Source of the DNA: Promethearchaeia archaeon
GTDB taxonomy: Archaea > Asgardarchaeota > Lokiarchaeia > Sigyniarchaeales > SOKP01
Assembly (NCBI GenBank): GCA_046497275.1
Contig: JAWOFX010000054.1
Coordinates: 60,001-92,000, forward strand
Reading direction: 5' to 3'
Length of the DNA: 32,000 bases
The translations under genes were made by a program, and so were the position numbers. The notes beneath the pieces were generated by a model, which was given only the letters and a program-made list of their open reading frames with translations, ran no database searches and was not told the DNA's origin. Of this stretch, positions 9,842-16,973 are shown in pieces; position 1 is the first letter of the stretch, and each line of letters opens with the position of its first letter.

Positions 9842-9862
9842 AAAATAAAAAAAATAAAAAAA
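9842..9862 (-). terminator. Candidate archaeal U-tract terminator of the vhu/hdr operon
   Basis: Minus-strand T-rich run (forward aaaataaaaaaaataaaaaaa) about 20 nt after the hdrB stop. Confidence 0.4.
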
Positions 9863-9882
9863 TATTTAGAAATATATTCTGA

Positions 9883-10761
9883 CTACAAACCTAAAGGTGC
9901 TATATCTCTCAATCTGGTTCTATGGTATTTTAATCCGATATCATCTGGATTAGCTCCCATAGCCAAAGCATATAATTCCGTTAAATATATCACTGGAATG
10001 TTATAGTCTTGCTCAAATTCTTTTGAAAGATTTCTTTGGTTTGTATCAAACTGTTGAAAACAAGCTGGACAGTTAACCACGATTACATCGGCACCGGCTT
10101 TGATAATACTGTCTAATTTACGTTTAAGATTATGCATCCCAACTTCTTCGTATGCATTAGAAACAGCAGAACCACAGCATAATACTTCTTCTTCATAATC
10201 AATCACAGTAGCGCCTGTTGCAGCACTTAATTCTTTGAGAGTTTTTGGTCTCATAGGATCATCATTAGTTTCCATCCATTCATGTGGTCTCATATAATGA
10301 CACCCGGGATGACACGCAACTTTAAGTCCTTCGAGAGGTTTAGTTATTGCTGATTTAATTTTATCAATACCAATATCTTTCTTTAATACATCGACAAAAT
10401 GCCTCACATCAATAGATCCTTTGTATTCCTTCCCTATCTTCGCGAGTTCTCCATTAATATGTTCTTTTTTGATACTATCGTGTTCTAACTGATGTTGAAC
10501 TCCCCTAAGAGTATTAGTACATCCATTACATAAGGAAATTATGTCCTTATTCTCTTCTTCAGCTAAGCAGATATTTCTTGCTCCTATAGCAAGCCACCCT
10601 TCATCATCAAAACTCTTGAATCCTGTTGGGTCTGGGCAACAAGTAAAGGGAGCTTCTGAAGTTTCGATTCCTAATTTATCAAAAACATATCGAGTAGAAG
10701 CTTCGATGAATGGAATTCTATTACCAATTGTGCATCCTTCAAACATTTTATATTCTGTCAT
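9883..10761 (-). CDS. hdrB: Heterodisulfide reductase subunit B (two CCG domains)
   Basis: EGC...TCCP...CNGC and PGCH...LCCGS...CPAC motifs. ATG at 10761 is preferred over the track's GTG at 10773 because GGTGA just upstream looks like an RBS. Confidence 0.9.
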   Translation of the reverse strand: MTEYKMFEGCTIGNRIPFIEASTRYVFDKLGIETSEAPFTCCPDPTGFKSFDDEGWLAIGARNICLAEEENKDIISLCNGCTNTLRGVQHQLEHDSIKKEHINGELAKIGKEYKGSIDVRHFVDVLKKDIGIDKIKSAITKPLEGLKVACHPGCHYMRPHEWMETNDDPMRPKTLKELSAATGATVIDYEEEVLCCGSAVSNAYEEVGMHNLKRKLDSIIKAGADVIVVNCPACFQQFDTNQRNLSKEFEQDYNIPVIYLTELYALAMGANPDDIGLKYHRTRLRDIAPLGL

Positions 10762-10765
10762 TTGG

Positions 10766-11278
10766 TTATTCACCTTCCTTTAATTTTTGATTCACATTCA
10801 TATTATTCAGAAGTGTTTTCAATTCTTCCGTATCTGGAGCGATAATATCTGGTAAGCCCATTCCTTCTCTTCTTCTTTCAATAGCGGATTGTGAGGGAAT
10901 TGCCTTACCGTAATCATACACCGCTTTCGCTTGTTGATATATAAATTCGGGTCCGTTTCCTTTAGCGATACTTCTATTTTTTAGAAATGTGAAAATCTCT
11001 GTAAGTTCAATATTTTGTGGGCATACTTCATCACATGTATCGCATACAGTGCAACCCCAAATAGCGATTTCATCAGCATTAAAAATACTATCCTCATAAC
11101 CCAATAAAGCATTTAGAATATTACTTCTAGGATTATATCTGTATTGATAGAATTCATCAGTCACATATGATACAGGACAATTATCTGTACATCTATTGCA
11201 TTGATAACAGTATTTTATTACATCAGATCCTTGATGATAATCCATAACTTGTTTCCTAAATTCAAAATCTATAACCAT
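10766..11278 (-). CDS. hdrC: Heterodisulfide reductase subunit C (2x[4Fe-4S])
   Basis: CYQCNRCTDNCP and CTVCDTCDEVCP ferredoxin motifs; immediately upstream of hdrB. Confidence 0.9.
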   Translation of the reverse strand: MVIDFEFRKQVMDYHQGSDVIKYCYQCNRCTDNCPVSYVTDEFYQYRYNPRSNILNALLGYEDSIFNADEIAIWGCTVCDTCDEVCPQNIELTEIFTFLKNRSIAKGNGPEFIYQQAKAVYDYGKAIPSQSAIERRREGMGLPDIIAPDTEELKTLLNNMNVNQKLKEGE

Positions 11279-11282
11279 ATTT

Positions 11283-11290
11283 GATCACTC
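11283..11290 (-). promoter_or_regulatory. Shine-Dalgarno-like site for hdrC (GAGTGATC)
   Basis: GTGATC is complementary to the usual archaeal 16S 3' tail (GAUCACC). The same hexamer precedes ATGs at 23348-23353 and 27747-27752. Confidence 0.5.
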
Positions 11291-11331
11291 ATTTTTGTTT
11301 TTTTCTTGTTTTAATTTCTATGTAAATTTTA

Positions 11332-11404
11332 GTTGGTTATAACCCTTGCATGGGCAGTCATATCCAATCTATTATTTGTATTGGATATTTCATCCTAAAC
11401 CAAC
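11332..11404 (-). promoter_or_regulatory. SECIS-like RNA hairpin (eukaryote/Loki type) for vhuU
   Basis: Minus strand: AUGA(11393-11390), A, AUAUCCAAU(11388-11380), loop ACAAAUAAUAG, AUUGGAUAU(11368-11360), GA(11359-11358). Perfect 9-bp upper stem, AAA 12 nt after AUGA, and a possible 7-bp lower stem GUUGGUU(11404-11398)/AACCAAC(11338-11332). Confidence 0.8.
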
Positions 11405-11542
11405 GTTTAATTTACGCGAGTAAACCTCTTTGCCCTCCTCATCAACAACAGTGATGTGGGCGGCACATGATAGTCAGCAATCATAACAACGCACTATCAT
11501 TTCTAAAAGATTTACTACTCCTTCGTCTATATCCTCACTCAT
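11390..11542 (-). CDS. vhuU: Selenocysteine-containing small hydrogenase subunit VhuU (C-terminal Ni-binding peptide of a split large subunit)
   Basis: Manual translation: MSEDIDEGVVNLLEMIVRCYDC(U)LSCAAHITVVDEEGKEVYSRKLNVGLG*. The in-frame TGA at 11476-11474 occupies the first Cys position of the DPCxxCxxH motif that VhuA lacks. GTGAT RBS upstream and SECIS-like hairpin downstream. Confidence 0.92.
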
Positions 11543-11591
11543 TTTTGTTTATCACTTTATAATTTTTCTATTTTTTAACCTCTAAGCAAGT

Positions 11592-12896
11592 TTAATCTAT
11601 CCATGGATCTGGTAAATTCAGACCTTCTAAGGCTTTATCTTCAAAAACTTGTTTTGCTGTATGCATCAATGATTTTTCGATTCCTGCGATATTGTGATTC
11701 GTGGCAACTAACAGATTTAATTTCTTACAAATACCTTCTGCATCAGACCAAATATGATACAAGAGTAAGCCTCGTGGAGCTTCTGTGACACCTACCCCAT
11801 TTCCTTCTCTTGGTTCCACATCTAAGGTTTTGCAATCAGGATTCACAATATCAGGATCCTCTAACAAGGTTTTTATTTGTTCGATTGCTTCTACAGTTTC
11901 TATTAATCGCGCCCAATGATATGCGAATGTGTGATGAGAAACTTCTCCGACTTTGTCTCTAAATTGTTGCAAAGCATCTTGAGCTAAGGGAGTTGCCATT
12001 CTATCCGCAGCGTTGATCATTGCCAGACAATTTGCGCGGTATATTCCCTCTGGGTACCCAGCTGGTTTATAATACATGTGGGTTGCATATGAATGTTCGG
12101 GAATATGCTCACCTAAGGCATCAAGATAATTCTGTACCTTATAGTCAGTTTTCTCTCCTTCAGGTGAAACTATACGGATATCACCTTCATAGATATCATG
12201 AACGCCATTTTTAGCCATTCCCAAATAATATGTAGGAACGACTCCTACATTAGCCACAACATCCCAATAGTCTTCGACAACCTTTAAGCCTATATCGACT
12301 GTTTTCTTGGTAAATTCAATTTGTTCATCGACTTGTTTTAAAAATTTGTCCCGTGCATCTTCATCCATTGGTTTCTTCATCCCACCAACGATTGCAGAAA
12401 TCGGATGCACAGACTTTCCACCAATTTCTTGACAAAGTTTTTGTCCGAAATCCATCATCTTTAACGCCATTTTGCCAACATCGGGCATCTTGTTTATAAC
12501 ATGAACAACGTTGCGTTTTGCAGGATCAGCAAACGGTCCTAACAAGAAATCTGGTGCTGCCAATGCATAGAAATGTAATATATGAGAAGCATACTGCTTT
12601 GCGTTCATTATTAATTGTCGCAATTTATAGGCTGGTTCCGGAATCTCCACACCCCACGCATCTTCTACTGCTTTTGTTGGAGTAATGTGATGGGGAATAG
12701 GACAAATCCCACAAATTCTTGGCGTGATTCGGGGTACATGTTCACAATACCGTCCCTCTACAAATTTTTCAAAAAATCGAGTAGATGTGATATTGAATTG
12801 AACATCCTTAACCTTTCCATCATCGTCAATAACAACATGTAAATCCCCGTGACCCTCTAATCGGGTGACTGGTTCAACTTCTATTTCCTTAACCAT
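11592..12896 (-). CDS. vhuA: F420-non-reducing (group 3c) hydrogenase large subunit, split form lacking the C-terminal CxxC
   Basis: EPVTRLEGHG, RFFEKF, PRICGICP (N-terminal Ni motif), TEAPRG and VATNHN. Ends EGLNLPDPWID with no DPCxxCxxH. Confidence 0.92.
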   Translation of the reverse strand: MVKEIEVEPVTRLEGHGDLHVVIDDDGKVKDVQFNITSTRFFEKFVEGRYCEHVPRITPRICGICPIPHHITPTKAVEDAWGVEIPEPAYKLRQLIMNAKQYASHILHFYALAAPDFLLGPFADPAKRNVVHVINKMPDVGKMALKMMDFGQKLCQEIGGKSVHPISAIVGGMKKPMDEDARDKFLKQVDEQIEFTKKTVDIGLKVVEDYWDVVANVGVVPTYYLGMAKNGVHDIYEGDIRIVSPEGEKTDYKVQNYLDALGEHIPEHSYATHMYYKPAGYPEGIYRANCLAMINAADRMATPLAQDALQQFRDKVGEVSHHTFAYHWARLIETVEAIEQIKTLLEDPDIVNPDCKTLDVEPREGNGVGVTEAPRGLLLYHIWSDAEGICKKLNLLVATNHNIAGIEKSLMHTAKQVFEDKALEGLNLPDPWID

Positions 12897-12897
12897 T

Positions 12898-14229
12898 TTA
12901 TTTATGCACCTCTTCTGTAAATTGTTTATTCTTTGCTAAGGTGAATTTCTCAAAGGTACCAATATGATCTTTTACTTGAGCTAGCAATTCATCCTTAGAT
13001 AAAGCAACATTAAATCCTTTAATTGCTATATCGGCAAATCTTGATGCTTGATCCGCAACCCATTCTGTTTGACCATAACAGCCAGTGCAGGGAGCGTTGA
13101 CCTTAATACACATACCACCGCATCCTGCTCTTGTGACTGGTCCCATACAAATATATCCTTGTTCAATGAAGCATTCTTCTTGGTTAGGGAGTCCTTCATA
13201 ATCTCTTTTTACTTTTGTCATAGTGGATTTGCTACCAATAATTCTGGGACACGTATCGCAGACATTAGATATTTCATGGAAGTCTGGATTATTTTTTAGG
13301 TATCCCAATAGGTTCGTGGCTACTTGTTTTGCTTTATCATTTAACTGTGTTAAAGGTGTTTCTGCTTCTCCTTTATTTTTTATTTGCTTCAATATGTCCG
13401 CTGAGAGATCGAATCCTGCCATTAATGGAACATTCAAATATAAAGATAAGAATTCATACATGGCTTTCTTCTCTCCCGTAGTAATATTAGAAAGATCTCT
13501 GGTTTTCTCAATTAGTTTATCTGCTCGTACATGTGCTGTTTTTGATGGACCAAAACATCCTACACATGGACTACCATTGCCAGGACATTTTAATGAGCAT
13601 CCAACACTTGTAATCGGTCCGAAACAGAGAGTCCCCTTATCGAGAATGCATCCCTCTTCATTTAATGGACATTGAGTACAGAATGAATATTCTTCGTTTG
13701 GAAAATCCTTTTGTCCAAGTAAGAATTGGACGGCACTCACAATTTGCTCTGGTTTTGGAGGACATCCAGAAATATAGGCATCTACATCAATGATATCATC
13801 TACCACAACCACGTATTCTCTAAATCCTGGGACGTGTTCTGTTGGCTCTTTTGGATTTTCATCAGTGATGCTTTCGGCTTCATGGAATTTTCTATCAACT
13901 AATTCTTGCTTTTTCCATTCATTGGCTAAGCCATGAACATTGCCATAGCAAGCGCAACTGCCGAAATTAATTATTAATTGACATTTTTTCCTCATTAGTT
14001 CTACACTTTCGTAATCCTCATTTGTTCGAACAGAACCTTCAATGAACCCAACTAAGACTTCCCCGTCTTGACGTGCTTTTAATGAATCAAGTTTATAGTC
14101 AACAACTGCTGGCCAGTAAACAAATTCCAGTGCTGGAAGAATATCTAACAATCCTAAATGTGCATTCAATAAGGACTGATGACATCCCCAACAATCACTG
14201 AGTTGCATGAAAGCTACTTTTACTGCCAT
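12898..14229 (-). CDS. vhuG: Group 3c hydrogenase small subunit, extended by a duplicated 8-Cys Fe-S module
   Basis: Proximal ligands C13/C16 (SDCWGC), C92 (GSCA) and C156 (SGCPP); two Cys-rich C-terminal modules (aa 184-225 and 324-384); 443 aa. Confidence 0.88.
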   Translation of the reverse strand: MAVKVAFMQLSDCWGCHQSLLNAHLGLLDILPALEFVYWPAVVDYKLDSLKARQDGEVLVGFIEGSVRTNEDYESVELMRKKCQLIINFGSCACYGNVHGLANEWKKQELVDRKFHEAESITDENPKEPTEHVPGFREYVVVVDDIIDVDAYISGCPPKPEQIVSAVQFLLGQKDFPNEEYSFCTQCPLNEEGCILDKGTLCFGPITSVGCSLKCPGNGSPCVGCFGPSKTAHVRADKLIEKTRDLSNITTGEKKAMYEFLSLYLNVPLMAGFDLSADILKQIKNKGEAETPLTQLNDKAKQVATNLLGYLKNNPDFHEISNVCDTCPRIIGSKSTMTKVKRDYEGLPNQEECFIEQGYICMGPVTRAGCGGMCIKVNAPCTGCYGQTEWVADQASRFADIAIKGFNVALSKDELLAQVKDHIGTFEKFTLAKNKQFTEEVHK

Positions 14230-14620
14230 TTTTCATCATTTAAAATTTGTTTTTTTGTTTTAATTTTAATTTTTAATTTCCTAGTTAATTGCAAATAGGA
14301 TGTTTATAATGTATTAAGCAATTTATTAAAAAATTACTCCTATATTATCGAAAAATTACCCTAGCACTTAAGAAAGGAATAATTATTCATAAAAATACTA
14401 ATAAACTTTTTCAAATAGTGAATCAATATTCAAATGTTCATTAATATGCATATTTGAGTAAATAGAGAAAAGAGTTTGGTTGTAAAGCAATAATCTAATA
14501 TTTCGATCTTTAATGTCGTGAATTCAATTTCACTACTTTATAATTATAAGAAATTTTGAAAATATAAAAATGATTTGAATTTCGATGAATAATCAGAGTC
14601 TTTAAGACTTCTTGGAAATT

Positions 14621-15715
14621 TCATTCATCATTGTATTTATAATATATACTACACGATCCTTCTTGCGAGACCATACAAGGACCAATGGGATTGAGGGGAG
14701 TACATACTTTTCTAAAAAGTTTACATTCATAAGGATAAATTTTCCCTGTCATAACAAGATGGCATGAACACCCCAGAGGAATATCTTGAGCATTTTTAAT
14801 AGAAATATCAAACTTTTTATCAGCATCAAACTTTGAATATTGATCTCGTATTTCTAACCCTCCGTCCATAATCCTTCCAATGCCTCGCCATGGAGATGAG
14901 ACAGATTTGAATACATCTGAAATGATTGATTGTGCAATTGTATTGCCTTCTGGTTTCACGACTCGTTTGTATTCGTTTATTGTTTTATGATCTTGATTCT
15001 TGATTTGGTTTAAAAGTATTAAAATTGAAAGGAGAACATCATTAGGTTCAAAACCCGCTACCACATTCGGAACTTTATACGAATCAGAAAATAATTTGAA
15101 TGGTTTGAGCCCAATTATTGTCGCAACATGACCCGGAGAAATAAACCCATCTATATTTAATCTATCAATACTAATTAAAAGTTCTAAGGCGGCAGGAATG
15201 AGTTTATGTGCGCAAATAACAGAAAAGTTGGAAGGAGGAGTGTTTTTTATCTCATATCCAATTAAAGGAACCGTTGTTTCAAATCCTATAGCAAAAAATA
15301 TTACTTCTTTATTAGGATTTTCTCTGGCAATTTTAACTGCATCATTTGGTCCATAGACAATTCTAACATCAGCACCTTCAGCTTTTAATTCTGCCAATGA
15401 TATATTTGTAGCCGGAACTCGTATCATATCCCCGAAAGAAGTTATGATTGTATCATCTCTCTTTCCCAATTGGATTGCTTTATCTATATCTGCTGCGGGA
15501 CATACGCAAACTGGACATCCGGGGCCAGAAACTATCTCTAAATCCTCAGGAAGAAGTGATCTAAGTCCAAATTTAGATATTGTGTGTTCGTGTGTTCCAC
15601 ACACATGCATTAGCTTTATAGTTTTACCTAAAGAATTCATATGAGAATTAATCAAATTCACGATCTTTTTTGTGAAATCTTTATTTCTTAAAACTTGTAG
15701 ACTAGGAATTTCCAT
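14621..15715 (-). CDS. hypD: Hydrogenase maturation protein HypD
   Basis: MHVCGTHE, GPGCPVC, GFETT, PGHV and C-terminal GPCMVSQEGSC. Confidence 0.95.
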   Translation of the reverse strand: MEIPSLQVLRNKDFTKKIVNLINSHMNSLGKTIKLMHVCGTHEHTISKFGLRSLLPEDLEIVSGPGCPVCVCPAADIDKAIQLGKRDDTIITSFGDMIRVPATNISLAELKAEGADVRIVYGPNDAVKIARENPNKEVIFFAIGFETTVPLIGYEIKNTPPSNFSVICAHKLIPAALELLISIDRLNIDGFISPGHVATIIGLKPFKLFSDSYKVPNVVAGFEPNDVLLSILILLNQIKNQDHKTINEYKRVVKPEGNTIAQSIISDVFKSVSSPWRGIGRIMDGGLEIRDQYSKFDADKKFDISIKNAQDIPLGCSCHLVMTGKIYPYECKLFRKVCTPLNPIGPCMVSQEGSCSIYYKYNDE

Positions 15716-15842
15716 TTTTAGTATATTAGAGCAAAATAATGCGCTATTTATCTATTTAATAGAATTATCATTGAAATATAAATAAAATCTGTATATAGCA
15801 TAATATAAAACTATGAATAACAAATATGACCTAAAAATTGGA

Positions 15843-16892
15843 TTAACAAATTCTCGGTATTGGTTCTCCTAATGGCATATCAATAAATCGAGTTCCACCC
15901 ACAATTGTCTCTAATAAAACTCTTTTTGGATTTTCTTTCTTAACATCCCCTATAATTTTCGCATCTTCTCCATTTTTAATCGATTGAATTTTCTGTAGAA
16001 TATCCTGAGCATATTTGGGATCAACTGCTAATAAAGCTCGTCCTTCACTGGCAATATTGTAAGGGTCTAATCCCAACATATCACATATAGCCCTCACTTG
16101 ATTTTTAATCGGAACTGTCTCTTCCTTTATCCAAATACTCACATTAGATTTACTTGCCCAATGGTTTAAAGCACCTGAAATTCCTCCTCGTGTAGGATCT
16201 TTCATCGCATGAATATGATTTTTATTAATATAAGGTCTTAGATTTTCAATGATATCTGTCAATAAATTTACATCTGATTTTAAGTCAGTTGATATATTTA
16301 AACCTTCTCGTTTTGCCATTAATGAAGTTCCATGGTCGCCAATTGTGCCTGTTATAATGATTTTATCTCCACTTTTTAAGTTATCATCGGTTATTCGCAG
16401 ATTTTTATCCTTAAATCCTATTCCCGAGGTTGATATAATGATTTCATTTAGACTGTTTTTGGGCATTACTTTTGTATCCCCTGCAATTATTCCAATATTA
16501 CCTTCCTCGGCAGTTTTATTAAATGATTTCACAATTTTTTCAAGTTTAGCAAACTCAAATCCCTCTTCGATTATAAAAGAAGATGTTAATGCAATAGGAG
16601 TGGCACCCATCATTAATAGATCATTTACCGTTCCACATATACTTAATTTGCCCAAATCTCCTCCTGGAAAAAACAATGGATATACCGTATGACCATCTGC
16701 GGTTACTACAATTTCCTTATCATAATTTTCAAGTGGAATAGTTGCCCCATCATCCAACTCTTCAACTCCTATTCCATATGAAATTTTCTTTTTTTTTATA
16801 TCCTTTGTAATGAACTTTATTAGTTCCTCTTGAAGGATCCCACCAGCCCCATGTGCTAATCGAACTTTCGAAAGATTTTCCTCTCTATCCAT
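15843..16892 (-). CDS. hypE: Carbamoyl dehydratase HypE
   Basis: AHGAGG, PLFFPGGDLGKLSICGTVNDL, DPTRGG and C-terminal PRIC. Confidence 0.95.
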   Translation of the reverse strand: MDREENLSKVRLAHGAGGILQEELIKFITKDIKKKKISYGIGVEELDDGATIPLENYDKEIVVTADGHTVYPLFFPGGDLGKLSICGTVNDLLMMGATPIALTSSFIIEEGFEFAKLEKIVKSFNKTAEEGNIGIIAGDTKVMPKNSLNEIIISTSGIGFKDKNLRITDDNLKSGDKIIITGTIGDHGTSLMAKREGLNISTDLKSDVNLLTDIIENLRPYINKNHIHAMKDPTRGGISGALNHWASKSNVSIWIKEETVPIKNQVRAICDMLGLDPYNIASEGRALLAVDPKYAQDILQKIQSIKNGEDAKIIGDVKKENPKRVLLETIVGGTRFIDMPLGEPIPRIC

Positions 16893-16973
16893 ATTAAATA
16901 AAAAGAATATAACAAAAAGAATTTTTAGCTAAAATAATCTAATTTATAAAAAAATAGACTTTATTTTAATTGA

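Noticed and set aside
11474-11476. Reading the vhuA/vhuU region as a pseudogene or truncated hydrogenase
   Set aside because: The TGA falls exactly on the Ni-ligand position, the frame stays conserved after it (LSCAAH), and a SECIS-like hairpin follows. VhuA has its own clean TAA.
14597-14609. 13-bp palindrome AGTCTT-T-AAGACT after the hypD stop
   Set aside because: Short, single occurrence and compatible with chance; no second copy seen.
14230-14620. Possible hidden TGA-containing vhuD upstream of vhuG
   Set aside because: Manual reading of the minus strand shows only AT-rich sequence with many TAA/TAG stops and no VhuD-like Cys motif.
14621-14623. TGA stops of hypD and purF as further Sec sites
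   Set aside because: Both proteins are complete at that point, and no conserved continuation or SECIS-like hairpin was seen downstream.
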